Part shown: piece after piece, positions 49,553 to 58,194 of the stretch
How the letters are laid out: each line of letters begins with the position of its first letter
How positions within the stretch are numbered: the first letter of the stretch is position 1
Origin: Dehalococcoidia bacterium
GTDB lineage: Bacteria > Chloroflexota > Dehalococcoidia > Bin125
Length of the DNA stretch: 64,000 bases
Direction of reading: 5' to 3'
Assembly (NCBI GenBank): GCA_963663235.2
Contig: CAXXNO010000004.1
Location: 256,001-320,000 of the forward strand
Notes under the pieces: generated by a model
What the model was told of the DNA's origin: nothing
The model's input: the letters and a program-made list of their open reading frames with translations, nothing else
Database searches by the model: none
Program-made: the position numbers and the translations under genes

Positions 49553-50401
49553 CTAGGCGGACGGATTCTCCACAGGCATGCCCACCATGGAGCCCCACTC
49601 CGTCCAGGACCCATCATAGTTGCGGACGTCCTGGTAGCCGAGGAGGTGCCGAAGCACAAACCACGTGTGCGAGGAGCGCTCGCCGATGCGGCAGTAGGCG
49701 ATCACGGGCGCGGAGCCGTCGACGCCCTTGCCGCCGTAGAGCGCGCGGAGGTCATCGGCGGACTTGAAGGTGCCGTCCTCGGCCACCGCCTGGACCCAGG
49801 GGATGCTGGCGGCGCCGGGGATGTGGCCCTTGCGCTGCGCGGTCTCCGCGAGCCCCGGCGGCGCCATGATGACGCCGTTGTACTCGTCCGGGGAGCGCAC
49901 ATCCACCAGGGCGGCGGAGCCGTCCAGGCGGGCGAGCACGTCCGGGGCCTTGGCCCGGATGGACTCGTCCCGGACGCCCACGCTCATGGATCCGGCGGGG
50001 GGGTGAGTCGGCGTGTCCTTGGTCGTGGCGCGGCCCTCGTCCAGCCACTTCTTGCGCCCGCCGTTCATCAGCTTCACGTTGGAGACGCCGTACATCTCCA
50101 GAATCCAGAGCGCGTACGCCGCGAACCAGTTGTTGTTGTCGCCGTAGAGGATCACCGTGGTGCCGGCGTTGACACCAGCGGCGCGCAGGAGCCCCTGCAG
50201 CGTGGCGCCGTCCACGACGTCGCGGCGCACCTGGTCCTGCAACTGGGAGGTCCAGTCCCAAGCGACGGCCCCGGGAAGATGTCCTTCGCCGTAGGCGCTG
50301 GTATCCACGTCCACCTCGATGAAGCGGACGCCGTCGTCGTTCAAGTGCTGCGCCGCCCAGTCGGTGCTTACCAGTTTGTCGGGGTTTGCGTAGTCAGCCA
50401 T
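49553..50401 (-). CDS. Tandem-domain rhodanese / sulfurtransferase (CysA/SseA-like)
   Basis: GHLPGA, GHIPGA, YCRIGERS active site, YDGSWTEW. Confidence 0.95.
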   Translation of the reverse strand: MADYANPDKLVSTDWAAQHLNDDGVRFIEVDVDTSAYGEGHLPGAVAWDWTSQLQDQVRRDVVDGATLQGLLRAAGVNAGTTVILYGDNNNWFAAYALWILEMYGVSNVKLMNGGRKKWLDEGRATTKDTPTHPPAGSMSVGVRDESIRAKAPDVLARLDGSAALVDVRSPDEYNGVIMAPPGLAETAQRKGHIPGAASIPWVQAVAEDGTFKSADDLRALYGGKGVDGSAPVIAYCRIGERSSHTWFVLRHLLGYQDVRNYDGSWTEWGSMVGMPVENPSA

Positions 50402-50445
50402 TGTCGTTCGTCTCCTTGTCCACTCCTTGGGCCCAGACGAATGTA

Positions 50446-50574
50446 TTAGGACGCGGCTGGGACCTCGCGGAGGCGCCCAGTCGCCACATCGTAGACGAAG
50501 CCACGCACGCGCTCCTTGTGAGGAATGAAGGGGTTGGCCTTGATTGGAGCGATCGACCGGCGCACGTCCTGAAC
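50446..50574 (-). pseudogene. C-terminal remnant of a beta-carbonic anhydrase (Rv1284-like)
   Basis: DVRRSIAPIKANPFIPHKERVRGFVYDVATGRLREV; upstream Zn-ligand region (CxD...HxxC) absent. Confidence 0.75.
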
Positions 50575-50745
50575 CGCCAATGGAGAGATTGTTCGCGGGC
50601 GAACGTAGAAGACGCTCATGCTCGGCCTGGGCGGACTTGCGGGCATTTTGACTGCGCGAGCGTGCCAGTCGTCGCGCAACGGGTCAGCCAACCGTTCGAC
50701 GACCGGGATCTGTAGTGCGGACGCCAAGCGCCGGTGCTGCCCAGC

Positions 50746-51702
50746 CTACCACCAGATCTTGCCTTCGATCGTTTCGTCGCCCCGGAGCTCCTCGTAGTCG
50801 CGTTCCCAGAGGCGGGTGGAGAGGTACTTCCAGCCGCCGTCGGCCAGCACGACCGCGATGTCGCCGCCATCCAGTCGCTCGGCGACGCGCTGCGCGGTCC
50901 GCAGGGCCGCGCCGGAGGAGATGCCGGCGAAGATCCCTTCGTTGTCCATCAGCGCCTTGGTCACGGCAAACGACGTGCGGCTATCGACCATCATGCGGGC
51001 GTCCAGGATCGACTCATCCAGCACCGGCGGGATGTAGCCCTCCTCCAGGCTGCGCAGCCCCTGCACTAGATCGCCCGGGTGGGGCACGGAAGCGATCACG
51101 CGCACCTCCGGCTTGTGCTCCTTCAAGCAGCGCCCGGCGCCGGTGAGGGTGCCGCCGGTCCCCAGGCCGGCGACGAAGTGGGTCACCTCCGGCAAGGCGC
51201 GCAGGATCTCGGGACCGGTGGTGTCGTAGTGCGCCTGGGGATTGGCCGAGTTCCCGTACTGGAAGGGCATGTAGAGCGACGGATCCTGCGCGGCCAGGTC
51301 CTCCGCCATCCGCACCGACCCGTTGGTCCCCAGGTCACCGGGCGAGAGGATCACCTCCGCCCCGTAGAACTTCAGGAGGTCGCGCCGCTCCGCGCTGACG
51401 CTCTCCGGCATGACGCAGCGCACGGGATGCCCGTAGATGCGCCCGATGAGCGCCAGCGCGACGCCGGTGTTGCCGCTGGTCGGCTCCAGGATGGTCTGGC
51501 CCGGCCGGAGCGAGCCATCGGCGCGGGCGGCATCGATCATGGCCTTGGCGATGCGGTCCTTCACCGAGCCGGAGGGATTCTGGCCCTCCAGCTTGGCCCA
51601 GATGCGGACGTCCGCCTTGGGCGACATGCGCTGCAAGCGCACCAAGGGCGTATCGCCGATCAGGCCGAGCACCGAATCGTAGCGATGGGCTTGCGGTGAC
51701 AT
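50746..51702 (-). CDS. cysM: PLP-dependent cysteine synthase, CysM-like (sulfur-carrier dependent)
   Basis: NPSGSVKDR, EPTSGNTG, GLGTGGT, DGGWKYLST, C-terminal KIWW as in actinobacterial CysM; adjacent Ubl. Confidence 0.88.
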   Translation of the reverse strand: MSPQAHRYDSVLGLIGDTPLVRLQRMSPKADVRIWAKLEGQNPSGSVKDRIAKAMIDAARADGSLRPGQTILEPTSGNTGVALALIGRIYGHPVRCVMPESVSAERRDLLKFYGAEVILSPGDLGTNGSVRMAEDLAAQDPSLYMPFQYGNSANPQAHYDTTGPEILRALPEVTHFVAGLGTGGTLTGAGRCLKEHKPEVRVIASVPHPGDLVQGLRSLEEGYIPPVLDESILDARMMVDSRTSFAVTKALMDNEGIFAGISSGAALRTAQRVAERLDGGDIAVVLADGGWKYLSTRLWERDYEELRGDETIEGKIWW

Positions 51703-51710
51703 GGCGCGCC

Positions 51711-51983
51711 TTAGCCGCCGGCCAGGGCCGGGAGGATGGCTATGGTGTCGCCGTCTTTGAGGGGCGTCTTGAGCTGCTGCAGGAAGCGGACGTCTTCGTC
51801 GTTGAGGAAGATGTTGACGAAGCGGCGCAGTTCGCCGTTCTCCACCAACTGATCGCGGAAGCCGGAGTAGTCTCCGTCGATCGCGTCCAGCAACTCGTCC
51901 ACCGTGGCGCCTTCGTACTGGAGCCGCCTCTGGCCGCCGGTGAGCTTCTGCAAGACCGAGGGGATGCGGACCTCCACGGGCAT
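51711..51983 (-). CDS. Ubiquitin-like sulfur carrier (CysO/MoaD family)
   Basis: RRFVNIFLNDEDVRF...ILPALAGG C-terminus. Confidence 0.93.
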   Translation of the reverse strand: MPVEVRIPSVLQKLTGGQRRLQYEGATVDELLDAIDGDYSGFRDQLVENGELRRFVNIFLNDEDVRFLQQLKTPLKDGDTIAILPALAGG

Positions 51984-51996
51984 GCGATCCTCCCGG

Positions 51997-53097
51997 CTAG
52001 GCCGGCGCCGCCACGGCGCCCTCGTGGAAGGGCGAGCCGCAGAAGGCTTCGTAGTCGATGAGCTCGGTCACCGTCGGGTTGTCGCCGCAGATGGGGCAGT
52101 CGGGGTCGCGACGGATGTTGACGGTGCGGAACTCCATGACCAGGGCGTCGTAGAGCAAGAGGCGGTTCTGCAAGGGCTCGCCGACGCCCAAGATCAGCTT
52201 GATCGCCTCCGTGGCCTGGACGGTGCCGATGGTGCCGGGCAAGACGCCCAGCACGCCGGCCTCGGCGCAGGACGGCACCATGCCCGGCGGCGGCGGGCTG
52301 GGGTAGAGGCAGCGGTAGCACCCTTCCCCGGGGATGAAGGTGGTGACCTGCCCCTCGAAGAGGAAGATGCTGCCGTCCACCAACGGCTTGCGCGCGAAAT
52401 AGGCGGCGTCGTTCACCAAGTAGCGGGTGGCGAAGTTATCCGCGCCGTTGATGATGATGTCGTAGTTGGGGATCACCGCCATGGCGTTCTCGGAGGTGAG
52501 CGGGGCCTGGTGCTTGATCACCGTCACGTTGGGGTTCAGATCAGCGATGTGATCGGCGGCTGAATCAACCTTGGGACGCCCGATGTCGCGAGTGCTGTGC
52601 ACGATCTGGCGTTGGAGATTGCTGAGGTCGACGGTGTCGAAATCGACGATGCCGATGGTGCCCACGCCCGCGGCGGCCAGGTAGACGAGCACGGGCGAGC
52701 CGAGCCCCCCCGCGCCGATGGCCAGCACCTTGGCGCCCTTCAGCTTGCGCTGCCCGAGGGGGCCGACCTGGTCCATGATCAGATGGCGGCTGTAGCGATC
52801 GACCTCATCCGGCGTCATCACCGAGCCGCCGGCGATGACCGGGATCAGGGAGAGTTCGTCCCCGTCCTGCACGGGCGTCTCGGCCCCGTTCAGGGCCGAG
52901 ATCTCCTGAGCGTTGACGTAGACGTTGATGCCCTCGGGGATATTGTGATCCGCGTCAAACAGCATCTCCCCAAGGTTGGGGAACTGGTGTTGCAGATCCC
53001 GGAAGACGCCGACCACGTCGGCGCCGTCCGCATCAACGAAGGCCCGGCTGTCCGTGAGGCTCCGGAACGACGTGGGAATATATACCTTCACCGCCAT
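51997..53097 (-). CDS. Ubl-E1 fusion: N-terminal MoaD/CysO-like domain fused to a MoeB/ThiF adenylyltransferase
   Basis: MAVKVYIP...INVYVN...IPVIAGG then RYSRH, GAGGLG, SNLQRQ, CYRC, SCAEAGV, CPIC; no C-terminal rhodanese. Confidence 0.9.
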   Translation of the reverse strand: MAVKVYIPTSFRSLTDSRAFVDADGADVVGVFRDLQHQFPNLGEMLFDADHNIPEGINVYVNAQEISALNGAETPVQDGDELSLIPVIAGGSVMTPDEVDRYSRHLIMDQVGPLGQRKLKGAKVLAIGAGGLGSPVLVYLAAAGVGTIGIVDFDTVDLSNLQRQIVHSTRDIGRPKVDSAADHIADLNPNVTVIKHQAPLTSENAMAVIPNYDIIINGADNFATRYLVNDAAYFARKPLVDGSIFLFEGQVTTFIPGEGCYRCLYPSPPPPGMVPSCAEAGVLGVLPGTIGTVQATEAIKLILGVGEPLQNRLLLYDALVMEFRTVNIRRDPDCPICGDNPTVTELIDYEAFCGSPFHEGAVAAPA

Positions 53098-53558
53098 GCC
53101 ACTGCTCCCTCCCGACCACGCGGCATCCCTACAGGCGGCCGCGTGTCGCGTCGCCGGTCCGCCGCCGCCGATCCCTCCGCCGCCAGGTCCGCGATGGTCC
53201 GGGCGCCCAGCACGTCCAGGATGGCGGCGCGGACCTCGTCCCATATGGCGCGCTGACCGCAATGCGGCGGCCGTGCGCGGTCATCGTCCGGGCAGATTGA
53301 ACCCTCCAGGCTGAGGACCACGTCGTCAAGCCGGATCGCGTCGGCGGCGCGGGCCAGTTCGTGGCCGCCCTGCGCCCCCCGCACCGATCGCACGAAGCCC
53401 GCGGCCCCCAGGAGGCCCAAGATCTGCCCGACCAACGACTCCGGGATTCGCTGGCGGGCGGAGATCTCGGCGCTGGGGATCGGGCCGCGGCCGTCGTGCT
53501 GGGCCAGGTCCACGAGGGCGCGGATGCCGTAGTCGGCCTTGGAGGAGAGCTTGAACAT
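53088..53558 (-). CDS. Rrf2 family regulator (CymR-like)
   Basis: MFKLSSKADYGIRAL, VRSVRGAQGG, TIADLA. Confidence 0.9.
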   Translation of the reverse strand: MFKLSSKADYGIRALVDLAQHDGRGPIPSAEISARQRIPESLVGQILGLLGAAGFVRSVRGAQGGHELARAADAIRLDDVVLSLEGSICPDDDRARPPHCGQRAIWDEVRAAILDVLGARTIADLAAEGSAAADRRRDTRPPVGMPRGREGAVAWR

Positions 53559-53807
53559 CGGAGTCCTTGCCGGGGCCTGCCCGCCGCGCAGATGCGCGAT
53601 TGAATGTGGACCAGAATGGTAGCATTTCGGGCCCGCGCCTCGACAGCGGGGGACGGCCCGGACTGACAAGCGCGGCACACTGGCATCAGCGCTCGCGGCG
53701 CGCGCATGTGGGGGCGCCGCAGGGCGGACCGCGGCCCTCCCCGCATGGAGAGCGCCCCCCGGTCCGGCCTACGGTGGATGGGAGGCCGGACGCCGGTCCT
53801 CGACGCC

Positions 53808-54597
53808 ATGGAACTAACGCCACTCCACGAGCCAAGCTCAACGTCGGCAGCCGCCCCAGGTGGGAGCGGCGCGATCTCGCAAGATTCCGCGCAGCAGTTC
53901 GTGACCCTCTTGCGTGCGCAAATGGACGGCATGATGGCCGCCGCCGCGTTCGGCGGCCTGGGCGGGAGCGGCCAGGGTGGCGGCGGCATGGGGCTGTTTG
54001 GCGGCGGCGGCATGGGGATGTTTCGGCGGCGGCAGCGCGGGGCTGGGTGGCGGCGGCGGCATGGACAGCCTGCTGCTGATGCAGACGCTGGCGCCGCTGA
54101 CCGAGGCCCTCACGCGGATCGTCGATCGTCTGGACGCGATGGGGGGTGGCGGATGGGGCGGCGCGTCCGGCCCGGTGAGCCCGATTGCCACGCCGGGATA
54201 GCTGCCATACCGCGATCTGATCGAACGGCTGGGGCAGCTGTATAACGTCCCGGCCGCCTTCCTGGGCGCGGTCATGATGGCCGAGAGCGGCGGCAATGCG
54301 GCCGCCGTGGGCGACGAGGGGCACTCCGTGGGCCTCTTCCAGCTGCACGACGCCGGCATGGGACGAGGCCTGGGCGATCTGCGGCTGGACCCGGAACTCA
54401 GCGCGGCGATTGGGGCGCGGGGGCTGGCCGCGGGCTGGCACGAGGGGCTGCGGCGCGGACTGACGGGCGAGGAGCTGGCGCGCTTCGCCTACGACTACCG
54501 CTTCAATCCCGGCGGCGGGGACGGCTACCAGAGCGACTCCGTGATGTCCCACTTCCGCTTCTACGAGAACCTGGCCGAGCGCGACACGATAGCCTAG
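53808..54597 (+). pseudogene. Lytic transglycosylase (SLT domain) with a Gly-rich linker; +1 frameshift at ~54022 and in-frame TAG at 54199
   Basis: Reading through both lesions gives MELTP...QQFVTLLRAQM...G-rich...PG*LPYRDLIERLGQLYNVPAAFLGAVMMAESGGN...GLFQL. Confidence 0.75.
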
Positions 54598-54881
54598 CGG
54601 CGGCGGTCCGGCGACGCGGGGGTCCCGCTCAAGGCGCGGGCCATTGCGGTGCGGAGCCCGCCCTCGTCGATCGGGGCCTGCGCGACCTCGTGATCTCCCA
54701 GCGCGATGACCGGAACGCGAGCGCCGAAGCGCGACGCCAAGGCCGGGTCCGCATCGACGTCGACGGCCTGCCAGCGGAAGGCGAAGTCCGCGGCCAGCCG
54801 GTCGAGCATGCCGGCGGCCTCCTCGCAGAGGTGTCAGTCGTGGCGGGTGTAGAGCGTGACCGGCGGCTGATCGGGCGGCAT
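54594..54881 (-). CDS. Glutaredoxin-like (DUF836/NrdH-like) probable selenoprotein with a UxxC motif
   Basis: MPPDQPPVTLYTRHD-TGA-HLCEEAAGML...ARVPVI; TGA (54836-54834) at the first Cys of the family CHLC motif; hairpin just downstream. Confidence 0.8.
54792..54819 (-). promoter_or_regulatory. Candidate bacterial SECIS stem-loop
   Basis: GGCC-GCCGG / loop CAUGCUCGA / CCGGC-U-GGCC starting 14 nt after the UGA. Confidence 0.5.
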
Positions 54882-54889
54882 GGGATCCG

Positions 54890-55894
54890 TCAGCGGCGGC
54901 GCTTGCGACGGACGCGCACGCGCTTGGGGGGGCCGGCGCTCAGCCCAGGCAACCGGGCGGCGCGCGCCGCGGGCGTCGGCGGTTGGGCGGGCGGCTTCGT
55001 CATCTCGGCGACCTTGGCGATGCGCTGCTGGGGATGCCGGAAGAGGTACCAGGCCATCCAGGCCGCCGCGGCGCCGGTGAGGATGGCGAGCAACTGGGGC
55101 ACCGAGAGCGCGCCGCCGATGGTCTGCTCATCCGTGCGCAGGAGGGCCAGGAGGCCGCGCACGGCACCGTAGGCGACGACGTAAAACAGGAAGCTCCAGC
55201 CGGGCAGCACGCGCGTGCGCCGCAGGTACAGCAAGACGCCGAGGATCATGAGATCGAGGATCGGCTCATAGCCGCCGGCCACGGGATGGACAGGGACGGG
55301 GGCCTCGGCGAGGGCACCGGTCTGGCCCCGGTCCCATGTGTTGGAGGCGGGGACGATCCCGTCGGCGATGGAGGCCCAGGGGCCTTCCGTCTGCGGATGG
55401 GTATAGCGGAAGGCCCAGGGCAACCCGCTGGCCTCGGCGAAGTGCTCGCCGTTCATCAGATCGCCGAAGCGCCCGACCGCCTGACCCAGGATCATCCCCG
55501 GGGCGGCGATGTCCAGGGCCATGAACTTGGGGAACTGCCGACGGAAGAGGAGGATGTAGATCATCCCGCCGACCACGCCGGCGATCATCGCGCCGTAGAC
55601 GGAGATGCCGCCGTCCGTCACGCGGAAGATGTCGCCCAAGCTATCGATCCGGTCGGTGTGCTCCAGGACCCACAGGGCCCGCGCGCCGACGATCCCGGAC
55701 GGGACCGCCACGAGCGCGACGTTGAACACATCGTCCTCGGTGAAGCCCTTGCCGCGCGCCAGCCGAAACGAGAGCCAGACGCCGAGCGCGATGCCGACGG
55801 CCGTGAAGAGGCCGTGCCAGGTCACCGAGAAACCGCCCCGGGTGATGTTGGGGTCGATGTTGATGTCGATCGCGGCGACGAGGTCGAGGATCAT
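54890..55894 (-). CDS. lgt: Prolipoprotein diacylglyceryl transferase
   Basis: WHG, VGARA, GQAVGRFGDLMNGE, VHP...YE. Confidence 0.88.
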   Translation of the reverse strand: MILDLVAAIDINIDPNITRGGFSVTWHGLFTAVGIALGVWLSFRLARGKGFTEDDVFNVALVAVPSGIVGARALWVLEHTDRIDSLGDIFRVTDGGISVYGAMIAGVVGGMIYILLFRRQFPKFMALDIAAPGMILGQAVGRFGDLMNGEHFAEASGLPWAFRYTHPQTEGPWASIADGIVPASNTWDRGQTGALAEAPVPVHPVAGGYEPILDLMILGVLLYLRRTRVLPGWSFLFYVVAYGAVRGLLALLRTDEQTIGGALSVPQLLAILTGAAAAWMAWYLFRHPQQRIAKVAEMTKPPAQPPTPAARAARLPGLSAGPPKRVRVRRKRRR

Positions 55895-58044
55895 TCCTCG
55901 CTCCAGCCGTCGTCGACGTCCTCGACATCGCGCGCGCCGGCTTCTCGCGCGTAGCGGGCCAACTCGCGCCGCAGGTTGACGGTGTGGCCGGCGAGGCCGG
56001 CCAGGTAGGTGCGCTCCGGCGTGATCCGGGCCCAGACGCGGCGCCGGGGCACGAAGAAGGTAATCGACAGGCCAACGATGCCCAGGACGATGGCGACCCA
56101 GAAGATGTTCGCGCCGGGGTCGCGGCGAACGGTCAGGCCGGTGAACTCGCGCGAGCCCAGGAACGTGTACTCGTGGTCGCCGAGCGTCACGGACTCCCCT
56201 TCGTCAAGGTCGATGCGGGGCAGCCCCCCGCCGAGGCCGAGGCCGAGGCGGGCGGGGCGCGCGGCATCGCTGCCGGTGCTGCCGGCGGTCGTGTCGGCGC
56301 GCGCGAGCTCCACGTTGTCCCCCTTGCGCGCGTCGAAGGTCTCGGCCGTGCGGCCCTGACCAAAGCGCTCCAGAAGGACGAGGGCCTCGCCCTCGGCGCC
56401 CGGGATCTTCGGCTCGATGCGGTAGTACACCGGCTCCGCGCCGAGGTAGGTCAACCTGACCGGCCCGATGCGCTGGCTTGCCCCCGGCTCCAGCGCGCCC
56501 CGGAGCGACCGGTCCGGCTCCGCCCCCACGTATTCCAGGATGACCGCGTCCAGCGTTACGCGGCCGCCCGGTTGCAGCAATCCCCGCTGCGATTCGTCCG
56601 CGGCGTTGAAGTAAAAGAACTGGCGCCCGCTGCGCGTATCGTCGAAGCCGACGGCCAGCGTTTCGCCCTGGGCGAGCGGGATGAAGCCAAGCCGCGCCTG
56701 CGCGCGCTCGTCGAGCGAATCCTCGCTCAGGGTGATCACATCGTCGGCGAGGAGGGCGCCGCCGGCGGCGGCGTAGAGCCGGACGCGAGGCGCGGGGGGC
56801 GGCGGGTCATTGAGCCGCAGGGCGGCGGCGGCGAGCGGGGGCGCGACGGCCGCGTCATCGGCCGGGAGCGGGAGCACGCTGTAGGAGAATTGCAGCTCCC
56901 CGGCGGGATCCGTCGCCAGGATCAGCGCCAGGCTGCGGTCGGAGCCGAGCGGGATCAGCTGATAGCCGCTGTCCGGAACGTCCGCGATCCCCTGCAAGAG
57001 TTGGATCACCTCCTCCGCGACGAGCGCGCCCGTCTGCGTGTTGGTGATACGGACGCGCGGACCGACGAACTGCTCGTCGAGCATGAGGGTCTCGGAGTAG
57101 AGCAGTTGCCCGCTGCCGGCGTCGCGGACCTGCAAGGCGGCGCCGTGTTCCCAGTAGGCCGCCTGGTGCACGCGATACCCCGCCGCGCTCAGGGGCCCGT
57201 TCACGGTGACATCGCCGACGACGAGCTCCTCGCCGGCGCGGGTCACGCGCACGCGACTGCGGAAGTCCAGCGCTCGCCCTTCGTCGTCGAAGCGGGCGAC
57301 GGCGTCGTCCACGATGACTTGGATCTGTTGCCGGTCGCCGGCGGTGGCGAAGAGCGGGTGGCTCTGGCCCTCGCCCACCCAGAACTGGAACTCCTCGCCC
57401 CCGAACTTGGTCAGCAACGTTCCCAGCACCAACACCAGCAGCGCCAGGTGCGACGCGAAGGTGGCGAACTGCGCCCAGGCGAAGCGGTCGGCGAAGAGGT
57501 AGCGGCCTCCCTCCCCGTCCTCGCCGCGGACGGAGAAGTGGTGGCGGCGCAGCACGGCTTCCAGCGCGCCGGCGTTCGCGGGCGTGGCGAAATCGAAGCG
57601 GTGGCGGGCGCGCTCGAAGTAGGCGTCGTTGACGCGGCGCTGCGGGCGGCGCGCGAAGCGATAGATGGGCGGGAAGCGGCTGACGGTGCAGACCGTGATA
57701 GACAGGGCCACCAGCGCCACCAAGGCATACCAGTACGGCTGGCTGAACAGATTGAAGAATCCGCCGTGGGTGTCATAGAACCAAGGGAACTCGGCGAGGA
57801 CGTCGGTGAAGGGGCCCCAGGTGCCGCGCTGGTCGTCGATGAACTGGCCGACGGCCGTCTGCTCGCCGGCCAACTGCGGCGGCACCTGGGGGATGATCAC
57901 GGCGGCGAGCGAGAACAAGGCCACGACGGCGATCAACCCGATGGCGAAGCGCACCGAGGTCAGTTTGCGCCAAACCCAGTAGACAGGGTCCGGTAGCTCC
58001 GTCGCGCGTGGCCCTCGCTGCGCCGGGCGTTCCGCAGTCGTCAT
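55891..58044 (-). CDS. Cytochrome c biogenesis protein ResB/Ccs1 with an enlarged extracytoplasmic domain
   Basis: LTSVRFAI...IIPQ, conserved His (ASHLALL), TVNGPL, TGLTVRRDPG, RRRVW. Confidence 0.87.
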   Translation of the reverse strand: MTTAERPAQRGPRATELPDPVYWVWRKLTSVRFAIGLIAVVALFSLAAVIIPQVPPQLAGEQTAVGQFIDDQRGTWGPFTDVLAEFPWFYDTHGGFFNLFSQPYWYALVALVALSITVCTVSRFPPIYRFARRPQRRVNDAYFERARHRFDFATPANAGALEAVLRRHHFSVRGEDGEGGRYLFADRFAWAQFATFASHLALLVLVLGTLLTKFGGEEFQFWVGEGQSHPLFATAGDRQQIQVIVDDAVARFDDEGRALDFRSRVRVTRAGEELVVGDVTVNGPLSAAGYRVHQAAYWEHGAALQVRDAGSGQLLYSETLMLDEQFVGPRVRITNTQTGALVAEEVIQLLQGIADVPDSGYQLIPLGSDRSLALILATDPAGELQFSYSVLPLPADDAAVAPPLAAAALRLNDPPPPAPRVRLYAAAGGALLADDVITLSEDSLDERAQARLGFIPLAQGETLAVGFDDTRSGRQFFYFNAADESQRGLLQPGGRVTLDAVILEYVGAEPDRSLRGALEPGASQRIGPVRLTYLGAEPVYYRIEPKIPGAEGEALVLLERFGQGRTAETFDARKGDNVELARADTTAGSTGSDAARPARLGLGLGGGLPRIDLDEGESVTLGDHEYTFLGSREFTGLTVRRDPGANIFWVAIVLGIVGLSITFFVPRRRVWARITPERTYLAGLAGHTVNLRRELARYAREAGARDVEDVDDGWSEE

Positions 58045-58194
58045 CGTCGTCAGTCCAGCGCCCGCGTCCGCTTCGCGCCCCGGGGCCGATCCACGGTACG
58101 CGCGGGGCCGTGCCGGACGCACCCAGGCGCGGCCAGGGCTCAGCGTACCCGCTCACACGGGCTCGCGTCGGCTACGGAGCCGGCGGCACGACGA

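Noticed and set aside
48601-53097. E1/JAMM/Ubl cluster as CBASS- or Bil-type antiphage defence
   Set aside because: No E2, CD-NTase or effector; the CysM, rhodanese and Rrf2 context points to sulfur metabolism.
54199-54201. In-frame TAG as pyrrolysine or readthrough
   Set aside because: Non-catalytic linker position, the gene also has a frameshift, and TAG is the normal stop for many genes here.
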